64,000 bases of DNA, taken from the NCBI GenBank assembly GCA_934467415.1, contig CAKSLQ010000003.1, positions 5,951 to 69,950 of the forward strand, given 5' to 3'. The translations under genes were made by a program, and so were the position numbers. Below, piece after piece: positions 27,123-35,041 of this stretch (position 1 is its first letter; every line of letters starts with the position of its first letter). The DNA comes from an uncultured Eubacteriales bacterium (GTDB taxonomy: Bacteria; Bacillota; Clostridia; Oscillospirales; CAG-272). A model generated the notes under the pieces. The model saw only the letters and a list, made by a program, of their open reading frames with translations, was not told where the DNA came from and did no database searches.

Positions 27123-27288
27123 ATGTTCCTCCATGCGCGGCAGAGCCGCTTTTTTCTTCCCCTATTATAGTCGAACCCTGTCGGTTTGTCAAGGCAGATG
27201 AGAAAAAGACGCGTTCGCGGTTTGTATCTATTTTCACTTGCCGACTCTTGTGTGCGGATCCGATAGTACGGAGTGAATGATATCTTCA

Positions 27289-27445
27289 GCCCCCTCGGTG
27301 AGGGACGGCGTACGAGACGCGATGCGTCTCGCGGAGTTTTCCAGATGGAAAAACATCCTGAGGCGTGAGCCGACTGGGGGAGTTTTGCACGCTGCGGGAC
27401 TCCTTCCGTCACGCTTCGCGTGCCACCTCCCTCAACGAGGGAGGT
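27289..27445. repeat. mosaic five-hairpin intergenic repeat, copy D
   Basis: ccctc-ggt-gaggg. cgagacgc-gat-gcgtctcg. gttttcc-agat-ggaaaaac. cacgc-ttc-gcgtg. cctccctc-aac-gagggagg. 27310-27360 matches 663-714 except in the loops. Confidence 0.8.
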
Positions 27446-27488
27446 AAAACGCAGACGCGCGGGTTCCCGGTTCCCGACCGATATATTG

Positions 27489-27516
27489 AAAAAAAGGCGC
27501 AGATGCGCCTTTTTTC
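27489..27516 (-). terminator. rho-independent terminator of the prsA-like operon (bidirectional shape)
   Basis: aaaaaaggcgc-agat-gcgcctttttt. Confidence 0.8.
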
Positions 27517-27706
27517 CATGGTAAAGGAGAACGGTGGACAGGGTCGGCGGGGCGGCATTTTCCGTGCAGGCTTTCGCCCATGCCGCCGTCGCCGAAGCGG
27601 CGCGTGCGCCGCCGGAACTACAGTTTTTCGCCCCCGCTTATACGATAGCACCGGGGCGGCGCGAAACAGCGCGGATTTTGACGCGCATGAAAATTTTTCC
27701 GTTAAT

Positions 27707-28453
27707 TCATCGGAAGAATTCGACAAACGCGCGGAAATTCGGCCGTTGGCGTGCATCGGCTGTCGCCTTGAAGCCGAGCAGCGACACGTCGAGCGGGCAG
27801 AGCGAGAGCGCCATGCCGTGCGGCGTTTCCTCGACGGCAAAACCGGCGGCCGCGCTGACTTCGGCAAGCAGGACGCGGAGCAGCGCGGCTTCCCCGGCCG
27901 GGCAGGGCGAACCGCCGACCGCGTCGGCAAAGACCTGCACATTGCCGCAGGACGGGATGAAGCTGACGGCCACCTCGCGTCCCTCTGCGGCGCTGAGGCG
28001 AATCAGCAGCGCGAGGCAGAGCGCATAAGCGTTCGGCGGCACGCAGACCGTCACGTCACGTGGCAGCAATTCCACGCGGAAGTGCGCGCCCGCGTCGCCG
28101 AGCACCTCGGCAAAGCAGCTTTCAAACAGCAGCGTCAGCGCGCAGAGCGAACGCGGGACGGCGTTCGCCTTGGAAAAGCTCGTCACATCGAACAGCCCCT
28201 CCGCCGCGCGGGGCGCGGCGTCCACGCCGTAGCAGGCGCAGAGCCGGTCGAAATCCATGAAGAAATAATAGACCCTGCCGCCGAGCGTCACCGGCTTGAC
28301 ATAGACGTTTGCATCGTCGATGCGCAGAATGCCGCGCGGATGCGCCGCACAGGCGGTGCGGATCGCGGCAAAGCGGGCGTCGCGCCGTCGCACGCCGCTG
28401 CAAAAGAGAACATCGCCGCTCTCGGCGGCGATGAGAAGCGGAGGCAGATTCAT
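27707..28453 (-). CDS. hypothetical protein
   Basis: 248 aa with strong GC3 codon bias on this strand. ATGA overlap with the upstream gene. The C-terminal half is vaguely HATPase-like but has no motif I can name. The opposite-strand ORF 27365..28531 is Arg-rich and crosses a terminator. Confidence 0.6.
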   Translation of the reverse strand: MNLPPLLIAAESGDVLFCSGVRRRDARFAAIRTACAAHPRGILRIDDANVYVKPVTLGGRVYYFFMDFDRLCACYGVDAAPRAAEGLFDVTSFSKANAVPRSLCALTLLFESCFAEVLGDAGAHFRVELLPRDVTVCVPPNAYALCLALLIRLSAAEGREVAVSFIPSCGNVQVFADAVGGSPCPAGEAALLRVLLAEVSAAAGFAVEETPHGMALSLCPLDVSLLGFKATADARQRPNFRAFVEFFR

Positions 28454-29352
28454 CGGGAGGCCTCCGCGGCTGCGGCCGCCGCAGCGGTGTACGTGACCGC
28501 CGGGGCGGGACGCGCCGAGCAGAACTGGTAGCTTTGCAGCGACTTTGCGCGCAGGACGTCGAGCAGCTTTTCCTCGCTGCCCTCCAGCACGAGCCGCAGG
28601 CTGTACTTGGTGAAATAGAAGGCGTAGTCCTCGATGCTCTCGGCGAGCTTTTCGCCGCCGATGCCGTCCGCGCGCAGGGCGACCGACCAGCCGCCGCGCC
28701 CCGCGGCGGTGAAAAAGTCGGTGCAGACATCGGACGAGAGCGTGTCAAACGGCACGCAGAGCGCGACGGCACCCGGGCAGGCGGCCGCCAGCCGCAGAAC
28801 ATCGTCGAGGCAGTCGGCGTCCAGCCGGTCAAACACCAGCGTGATCTCGCCGATGCCTGCCGCCGCGTATTCTTTCAGCAGGGCGACCTCGTAGGCATAG
28901 CACACGTCGCGGATCTGCTCGTCTGCGTAGATCGAGCGCACCTCGAAAAGCCCCGTGATATTGCCCGCGGCAAGCGAAGTCATGGACGGCAGCGCCTTTG
29001 TGTCGCGCCCGAGCTTTGTGTCGGTCTCGGCGGCAAAGGTCGGCGCGCCGTCCTTGTAGAGCCAGACCGACGCATGTGCGTAGGGATCGTCGCCGCCCGT
29101 GAAGGCGGGCAGCGCCTCCGGCGTGACAAACTCGCCGTGTACGATGTGCTCGGCGATGGGGGAGGCGACTTCGGCCGAGAGATCGCTCGTCCCGGTGCGT
29201 TTGTGCGGCGCGGGTGCGGTCTCCGCCCGCCGCCCGAGGTAGGCGCCGAAGAGCGCCGTCGCGGCGAAGATCACGAGGATTACCGCAAGCCAGATGAAGA
29301 AATTCCGCACCGCACGGCGGCGGCGCTGGTCATATCGCTTGTAAACTGCCAC
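28450..29352 (-). CDS. hypothetical membrane-anchored protein
   Basis: 300 aa with N-terminal basic stretch plus one TM (FFIWLAVILVIFAATALFGAYL). GTG start lies directly after the prsA-like stop (TAAGTG). Confidence 0.6.
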   Translation of the reverse strand: MAVYKRYDQRRRRAVRNFFIWLAVILVIFAATALFGAYLGRRAETAPAPHKRTGTSDLSAEVASPIAEHIVHGEFVTPEALPAFTGGDDPYAHASVWLYKDGAPTFAAETDTKLGRDTKALPSMTSLAAGNITGLFEVRSIYADEQIRDVCYAYEVALLKEYAAAGIGEITLVFDRLDADCLDDVLRLAAACPGAVALCVPFDTLSSDVCTDFFTAAGRGGWSVALRADGIGGEKLAESIEDYAFYFTKYSLRLVLEGSEEKLLDVLRAKSLQSYQFCSARPAPAVTYTAAAAAAAEASR

Positions 29353-30375
29353 TTAATAAATCTCCTTTGCATCGAGCGCACGGACATAGTCCGCCTCGGT
29401 CACATGCAGGCGCGCGGCGCGCTCGTCGATCATCGCATAGAACCGCGCGTTCTGGTACTGGGACTTCAGCTCGTCGAAGTGCGCGGTGATGTAGCTCTCG
29501 TCCTTCGGCAGGCGGAGCAGGATGTGAAAGCCGTCGCTGCTCTCCACGATGCCGCTGATTTCGCCGTCGGCGAGCGCGAACGCGGCCGCCTCAAAATCAT
29601 CGGTCATTTCGCCGCGTGTGAAGTAGTAGCCGTCCGCCGGCATGGAAACGTCCTCGGAATAGCGGCCGATCAGCGTGGCAAAATCCACGCCGCCGCGGTA
29701 GGCGTCCAGCACCTCCTCGGCGATTTTGCGGTTGGCTTCGGCGTCCTCGCCGGGATCATTTTCGATGAAAATCTGCTTGACACGGACAAAATCATCGCCT
29801 TGCAGGATGGCGAGGATCGCGGCGTCGTCGCTCTCGATCGCGCCGTCCGCCGCCGTCATCGCGGCAAACAGCTTGTCCTCCGTGCCGTCCGCGCGCACGA
29901 GAAAGTCGAAGACCTGCTCGGTCATATAGTTGTTCTCCAGCTCCGCCGCGTAAGCGGATGCGCCGTAGTAGCCGCGCACGGCGTCGATGTATTCGATGGC
30001 GGATGCTCTGATGTCGCCGTCCGTGGGCGTGATGCCGTAGTCGGCGGCCAGCGAGATCATGCCGTAGAGGCCGCAGACCGCCTCGGCAACACGCGCGCGC
30101 ACCGCGCGGTCGAGCGCGTCGGTCTCCGTTTCACCCGCGTCGTTTTTGTAGACGCCCTTCAGCTCGGCCTTGTAGTTCAGGTAGAAATAGCGGTAGAGGT
30201 CGTAGGTCACGGTGTAGCTCCCGGCGTAGAGCGCGGTTTGCCCGTAGCTTTCGCGGTAGGCGGCGTCGCGCTTTGCGCGGACGGCGCGCACGGCGGCGAA
30301 AACGCCGAGGGCGATCAGCACGAGTACGAGCGCCGCGGCAATGAGCCGGTATTTATTTTTATGAAAATCAATCAT
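29353..30375 (-). CDS. membrane-anchored parvulin-type peptidyl-prolyl isomerase (PrsA/SurA-like)
   Basis: ORF trimmed to MIDFHKNKYRLIAAALVLVLIAL (the longer ORF would run into repeat copy E). C-terminal parvulin domain FATLIGRYSEDVSMPADGYYFTRGEMTDDFEAAAFAL..GEISGIVESSDGFHILLRL. Confidence 0.8.
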   Translation of the reverse strand: MIDFHKNKYRLIAAALVLVLIALGVFAAVRAVRAKRDAAYRESYGQTALYAGSYTVTYDLYRYFYLNYKAELKGVYKNDAGETETDALDRAVRARVAEAVCGLYGMISLAADYGITPTDGDIRASAIEYIDAVRGYYGASAYAAELENNYMTEQVFDFLVRADGTEDKLFAAMTAADGAIESDDAAILAILQGDDFVRVKQIFIENDPGEDAEANRKIAEEVLDAYRGGVDFATLIGRYSEDVSMPADGYYFTRGEMTDDFEAAAFALADGEISGIVESSDGFHILLRLPKDESYITAHFDELKSQYQNARFYAMIDERAARLHVTEADYVRALDAKEIY

Positions 30376-30405
30376 AACGGTCTCCGTGAGGTGATTTTGA
30401 GAGAA

Positions 30406-30517
30406 GCCTCCCTTGTGCAAAGGGAGGTGTCACGGCTTGCCGTGACGGAGGGATTGTTTTGTACGGAACAACCCCTCAGCCGCCATGCGGCGGCAGCTCC
30501 CCTTGCACAGGGGAGCC
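30406..30517. repeat. mosaic five-hairpin intergenic repeat, copy E (112 nt, inverted relative to copy J)
   Basis: Its reverse complement aligns to 56852-56963 with identical 23-, 14-, 11- and 23-nt blocks and different hairpin inserts (see findings). Confidence 0.9.
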
Positions 30518-30585
30518 TTGTGTGCCTTCTTCCTTATTATCATACAATACTTCACCGCGGATAGCAAGAATTTGCGGAAAAAATC

Positions 30586-30614
30586 TTGACAAAGCCGGAC
30601 GTGCGGGGTATACT
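30586..30614 (+). promoter_or_regulatory. sigma-A-type promoter of zur-znuACB
   Basis: TTGACA (30586-30591), 17-nt spacer, TATACT (30609-30614). Confidence 0.65.
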
Positions 30615-30624
30615 GTTCGTTGTA

Positions 30625-30648
30625 ATTTGAATTTGAATTTCAATTTCG
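30625..30648 (+). promoter_or_regulatory. candidate Fur-family (Zur) operator: four tandem hexamers ATTT(G/C)(A/G)
   Basis: atttga atttga atttca atttcg lies between the -10 and the RBS of the zur gene. It is the only AT-rich tract in this GC-rich spacer. Confidence 0.4.
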
Positions 30649-30665
30649 ATTTTGAGGAATGCAAA

Positions 30666-31082
30666 ATGGGATACAATACAAAGCAGAAGAGCGCCGTGCT
30701 CGACTGTCTGGCGCGGCACAGAAACGAGAGCCTGACGGTGGACGGTGTGGTCGCCGCGCTCGGCGCGGAGGGCGTGAAGGCCGGGCGCAGCACGGTCTAT
30801 CGCCACCTGGAGGAGCTTTGCCGCGAGGGGGCGATCAGCCGCTTTGCCGCCGAGAGCGGCAAGAGTGCGACCTACCGCGTGATCGGCAGCGAATGCGGCG
30901 ACGACTGCCATTTTCATCTGATCTGCACCGCGTGCGGCGAGGTCTGCCACACGCACTGTCACGAGCTGGAGGCGCTGTTTGCCCACATGGCGGCGGCGCA
31001 CGGCTTCTCGGTGGACGAAAAGAAGACCATGCTGTACGGCGTCTGCGAGAAGTGCCGGAAAAAAGGGGAGAGGGAAGTATGA
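30666..31082 (+). CDS. zur: Fur family transcriptional regulator, probably zinc-responsive (Zur)
   Basis: Trimmed to ATG 30666 (GAGGAA upstream), 138 aa. Winged-helix N terminus, HFHLICTACG...C.H.C and CEKC Cys pairs. First gene of a Zn ABC transporter operon. Confidence 0.8.
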   Translation: MGYNTKQKSAVLDCLARHRNESLTVDGVVAALGAEGVKAGRSTVYRHLEELCREGAISRFAAESGKSATYRVIGSECGDDCHFHLICTACGEVCHTHCHELEALFAHMAAAHGFSVDEKKTMLYGVCEKCRKKGEREV

Positions 31083-32044
31083 GACGGTTTTTGACTTTGA
31101 CTCTGGCGGCGCTGCTTGTCGGCGCGCTGCTTGCATCCTGCGGCGCGCCGCAGGCGGACGACGGCCGGGTGCAGGTGGTGGCCACGCTGTTCCCGCAGTA
31201 CGATTTCGCAAAGAATATCGCGGGCGACCGCGCGGACGTGACGCTGCTGCTCGATTTCGGCGCGGACGCGCACACCTATGACCCCACGCCCGCCGATATT
31301 CTGCAAATCGCGCGCGCCGACCTGTTCATCTACACCGGCGGCGGCATGGAGCTGTGGGCGGAGAAGCTGCTCGCGAGCGCGGACATTGCCGATGCCGTTT
31401 CGCGCGGCAGTCTGCGCGTGCTCGACCTTTCCGCGACCGTGCCGCTGCTCCCCGCCGACCACGGCGGCGCCGAGGAAGAACACGAGCATGACCACGACGA
31501 TGACCACGACCACGACGAATTTGATCCGCACATCTGGACGTCGATCGAAAACGCCGAGACGATGTGCGCCGCCATCGCGGACGCGCTCACGGCGCTGGAC
31601 GCCGACGGCGGCGCGGCCTATGCCGCCAACCTTGCCGCCTACACGGCAAAGCTCGACGCGCTCGACGCGCGGATGCAGGCCGTGCGCACCGCCGCCGTGC
31701 GGGACACGGTCTGCTTCGGCGGTTCCTTTGCCTTTGCCTATCTCTTTGACGAGTACGACCTTGCGCACCGCTCGGTCTTCTCGGGCTGCGCCTCGCACAC
31801 CGAGGCGTCCCCGGCGGCGATGCTTTCGCTGGTGAACGCCGTGCGCGAGACCGGCGCTGTCGCCGTGCTCTACGACAGCCCGTCCGAGGAAAAGACCGCC
31901 GCGGCCATCGCCGCCGAGACGGGAACGAAGGTGCTGCGCCTGCACGCAATCCACAATATCACGAGGGACGAGTACGACGCGGGCGAGGACTATCTTTCGC
32001 TCATGGCACAAAACATCGAAGTATTGAAGGAAGTGCTGGACTGA
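31079..32044 (+). CDS. znuA: zinc ABC transporter substrate-binding lipoprotein (ZnuA/TroA-like)
   Basis: Trimmed to ATG 31079 (ATGA overlap). Signal peptide with lipobox LLASC. His/Asp-rich loop HGGAEEEHEHDHDDDHDHDEFDPHIW. Confidence 0.9.
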   Translation: MRRFLTLTLAALLVGALLASCGAPQADDGRVQVVATLFPQYDFAKNIAGDRADVTLLLDFGADAHTYDPTPADILQIARADLFIYTGGGMELWAEKLLASADIADAVSRGSLRVLDLSATVPLLPADHGGAEEEHEHDHDDDHDHDEFDPHIWTSIENAETMCAAIADALTALDADGGAAYAANLAAYTAKLDALDARMQAVRTAAVRDTVCFGGSFAFAYLFDEYDLAHRSVFSGCASHTEASPAAMLSLVNAVRETGAVAVLYDSPSEEKTAAAIAAETGTKVLRLHAIHNITRDEYDAGEDYLSLMAQNIEVLKEVLD

Positions 32045-32757
32045 TGGACGTGATCGTCTGCAAAAATCTGACCGTCCGCAACGAGCGGACGCTGGCGCTG
32101 GACGATGTGAGCTTTGCGGTGCGCAAGGGCGAGTTTCTCACCATCGTCGGCGAAAACGGCGCGGGCAAATCCACGCTGGTGAAGACCATCCTCGGCATGA
32201 CGGCGCCCGACGCGGGCAGCGTGGAGATCGACGCCGGGACGGTCGGCCGCATCGGCTACATGCCGCAGCAGTCGAGCGCGCAGCGCGACTTTCCCGCAAG
32301 CGTGCGCGAGGTCGTGCTGTCGGGCTGCGTCGGCGGAACGGGGCTTTTGCCCTTTTACAGCCGCGCACAGAAGGCGGCGGCGCGCGCCAACATGGACCTG
32401 CTCGGCGTGACGCCCTTTGTCAAAAAGAATTACCGCGCGCTCTCGGGCGGACAGCAGCAGCGCGTGCTGCTCTGCCGTGCGCTCTGTGCCGCGGGCGAGG
32501 TGCTGCTGCTCGACGAACCGACCACCGGGCTTGACCCGCTGGTGACCAAGGAACTGTACACCACGATCAAGCATCTGTCACTCGAGCACGGGATGACCGT
32601 CATCATGGTCTCGCACGACGTGGACGCGGCGCTCCGCTATTCCGACCGCATCCTGCATCTGGCCACGTCGCTGAAGTTTATCGGCACGCCGCAGGATTAT
32701 CTGACAACGCCGTTCGGCGCGGAGTTTTCCGAAGAGGGGGGTGTGCAGAATGGCTGA
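32044..32757 (+). CDS. znuC: zinc ABC transporter ATP-binding protein
   Basis: 237 aa. Walker A GENGAGKST, signature LSGGQQQRVLL, Walker B LLLDEP. Confidence 0.9.
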   Translation: MDVIVCKNLTVRNERTLALDDVSFAVRKGEFLTIVGENGAGKSTLVKTILGMTAPDAGSVEIDAGTVGRIGYMPQQSSAQRDFPASVREVVLSGCVGGTGLLPFYSRAQKAAARANMDLLGVTPFVKKNYRALSGGQQQRVLLCRALCAAGEVLLLDEPTTGLDPLVTKELYTTIKHLSLEHGMTVIMVSHDVDAALRYSDRILHLATSLKFIGTPQDYLTTPFGAEFSEEGGVQNG

Positions 32758-33562
32758 GCTGCTTTCGTCCGTCTTTTCACTGACCGTGATGCGCTATGCG
32801 CTCATCGTCGGCGTGCCGGTTGCGCTCTGCGCGGCGCTGCTCGGCGTGCTGCTCGTGCTGCGCCGCTATTCCATGATCGGCGACGGGCTTTCGCACGTCG
32901 GCTTCGGCGCGCTCTCAGTCGCCTATGCGCTGCACATGGCGCCGATGGCGGTGGCCGTGCCGGTTGTCATCCTTGCCGCCTTTCTGCTGCTCGGGCTGTC
33001 CGGCAGCCGCCGCCTGCGCGGCGACAGCGCGATCGCCGTGCTGTCCTCCTCCGCGCTGGCGCTCGGTGTCGTCGCCAATTCGCTGGCCGGCGGCAGCGCG
33101 ACCGACCTTTCCGGTTACCTGTTCGGCAGCATCCTCACCCTGACCCGCGCGGACGTGATCCTCTCGGTCTCGCTTTCCGCCGTGGTCATCTTCCTGTTTG
33201 TCCTGTTCAAGAACCGCATCTTTGCCGTCACCTTTGACGAGCCGTTTGCCAAGAGCGCGGGCGTGCGCGTCGGGCTGTACAACGGGCTGCTCGCGCTGCT
33301 CATCGCCGTGACCGTCGTGGTCGGTATGCGCATCGTCGGCACGATGCTCATCTCCAGCCTCATCATCTTCCCGGCGCTCGGCGCGATGCAGCTGGCGGGC
33401 AGCTTCCGCGGCGTGGTGCTGCTCTCGGCGCTCATCTCGGTTGTCTCCTTCCTCTGCGGCCTGCTTTTTGCCGTGACGCTGCCCGCCGGGGCGACCATCG
33501 TGCTCTGCAATCTCGCCGCGCTGCTCCTCTGCACGGTTCTCGGCAAGGTCATAAAGCATTGA
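32750..33562 (+). CDS. znuB: zinc ABC transporter permease
   Basis: Trimmed to ATG 32750. About 8 TM segments of the ABC-3 type. Operon context. Confidence 0.85.
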   Translation: MAELLSSVFSLTVMRYALIVGVPVALCAALLGVLLVLRRYSMIGDGLSHVGFGALSVAYALHMAPMAVAVPVVILAAFLLLGLSGSRRLRGDSAIAVLSSSALALGVVANSLAGGSATDLSGYLFGSILTLTRADVILSVSLSAVVIFLFVLFKNRIFAVTFDEPFAKSAGVRVGLYNGLLALLIAVTVVVGMRIVGTMLISSLIIFPALGAMQLAGSFRGVVLLSALISVVSFLCGLLFAVTLPAGATIVLCNLAALLLCTVLGKVIKH

Positions 33563-33633
33563 CGAAAAACAGGCGCTTTTCCTGTGAAAAATGCCGAAAT
33601 GGCAAAGAAGTCTATAAAATCTCATAAAGATTC

Positions 33634-33661
33634 TTGCATTTTTGGTCAAATGTGCTATAAT
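33634..33661 (+). promoter_or_regulatory. sigma-A-type promoter of the BMP/nucleoside transporter operon
   Basis: TTGCAT (33634-33639), 16-nt spacer, TATAAT (33656-33661) with an extended -10 TGc. Confidence 0.6.
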
Positions 33662-33709
33662 AGATATATCAAGCGGGCGTTTTGCGCCCTGCATTAGGAG
33701 GAAAGACTT

Positions 33710-34903
33710 ATGAAGAAATTTCTGGCGCTTGCGCTCGCGGCAGTGATGCTGCTCAGCGTTTGCCTCGTCGGCTGCGGCAAGAAGGATCCCGCAAACACCG
33801 GCGACACGCAGAAGACCGAAGACACGCAGAAGACCGAAAAGACCGAACAGACCGATCCCGCGGGCAAGGCCGATCTGGCTGCCGGCGACATCGCCGACAA
33901 CATGACCTCGGCTGATGGCAAGTATGAGATCGCGTTCGTCACCGACGTCGGCTCGCTGAAGGACCAGTCCTTCAACCAGGGCACGTGGGAAGGCGTCAAG
34001 AAGTACGCTTATGACAACGACAAGTCCTACAAGTACTATCAGCCCGCAAACGGCGATAAGGCGACCGATGACGACCGCTTCAATGCCATGAAGGCAGCGG
34101 CGGACGCAGGCGCGAAGATCATCGTCTGCGCAGGCTTCCTGCAGGAGACCGCACTCCGTAAAGCAGCGGAGACCTTCCCCGAAGTGAAGTTTGTCTTCAT
34201 CGACGGCTATCCGATCGGCTTTAAGAACGTTGCACCGATCTCCTTCCAGGAGGAGCAGTCCGGTTACCTCGCAGGTTACGCGGCTGTCAAGGAAGGCTAC
34301 ACGAAGCTCGGCTTCTCGGGCGGCGGCGGCGGCGAGAACCCCGCATGCTGCAGATTCGGCTACGGCTTTGTTCAGGGCGCGAATGACGCGGCCAAGGCAG
34401 ACGGCAAGACCGTCGAGATGAACTACAGCTGGCTGTTCGGCAACACCTTCTCGGCATCGTCCGAGCTCCAGACCATGCTCAACGGCTGGTACACCAACGG
34501 TACCGAGGTCGTCTTCTGCTGCGGCGGCTCGATGTGCCAGTCCGCATTTGCGGCAGCCGCTGCAAACGACGGCGTCGTCATCGGCGTTGACGTTGACCAG
34601 TCCAGCCAGTCCGAGACGGTCGTCACTTCGGCAATGAAGGGTCTGTCCGAGTCGGTTATTTTCGCGCTTGACAAGTTCTATGCAGGCGGGTTTGAGGCCC
34701 TCGGCGATGTTTCCACCGTCCTCGGCGCTGCCAACGACGCAGTCGGTCTGCCGACCGCAACCTGGAGCTTCAAGAGCTTCTCCGTCGAAGATTACAACGC
34801 GCTCCTTAAGTCCATGAAGGACGGCAAGGTCACGGTGGACAACGACTATGCGAAGCTCGCGGCTGACCTGTTTGCAAATGTCAAGCTCAACATCGTTGAG
34901 TAA
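33710..34903 (+). CDS. BMP family (PnrA/Med-like) ABC transporter substrate-binding lipoprotein, probably nucleoside-binding
   Basis: 397 aa. Lipobox LVGCG and FVTDVGSLKDQSFNQGTWEG motif. Confidence 0.9.
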   Translation: MKKFLALALAAVMLLSVCLVGCGKKDPANTGDTQKTEDTQKTEKTEQTDPAGKADLAAGDIADNMTSADGKYEIAFVTDVGSLKDQSFNQGTWEGVKKYAYDNDKSYKYYQPANGDKATDDDRFNAMKAAADAGAKIIVCAGFLQETALRKAAETFPEVKFVFIDGYPIGFKNVAPISFQEEQSGYLAGYAAVKEGYTKLGFSGGGGGENPACCRFGYGFVQGANDAAKADGKTVEMNYSWLFGNTFSASSELQTMLNGWYTNGTEVVFCCGGSMCQSAFAAAAANDGVVIGVDVDQSSQSETVVTSAMKGLSESVIFALDKFYAGGFEALGDVSTVLGAANDAVGLPTATWSFKSFSVEDYNALLKSMKDGKVTVDNDYAKLAADLFANVKLNIVE

Positions 34904-34936
34904 GTGATCCTGTAGAGCAGGAGGAATCCTGTAAGG

Positions 34937-34966
34937 CAGGGGGAGGCTCCGCCTCCCCCTGTTTTT
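34937..34966 (+). terminator. rho-independent terminator or attenuator after the binding-protein gene
   Basis: cagggggaggc-tcc-gcctccccctg followed by ttttt. Confidence 0.85.
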
Positions 34967-35041
34967 GATAAAAGGAGCCTTCATAAGTTTATATTCCGGA
35001 GTAAAGGAAGCTTTTGCACGGCAGAAGCCACGGTTTGAATT

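Noticed and set aside
27365-28531. 388-aa plus-strand ORF competing with the minus-strand hypothetical gene 27707..28453
   Set aside because: It is Arg-rich, starts inside repeat copy D and crosses the terminator at 27489-27516. The minus-strand frame has strong GC3 bias and an ATGA coupling to its upstream gene.
31470-31525. His/Asp-rich low-complexity stretch (cacgagcatgaccacgacgatgaccacgaccacgac)
   Set aside because: This is the metal-binding loop typical of ZnuA-type binding proteins, in frame inside znuA. It is not an independent repeat element.
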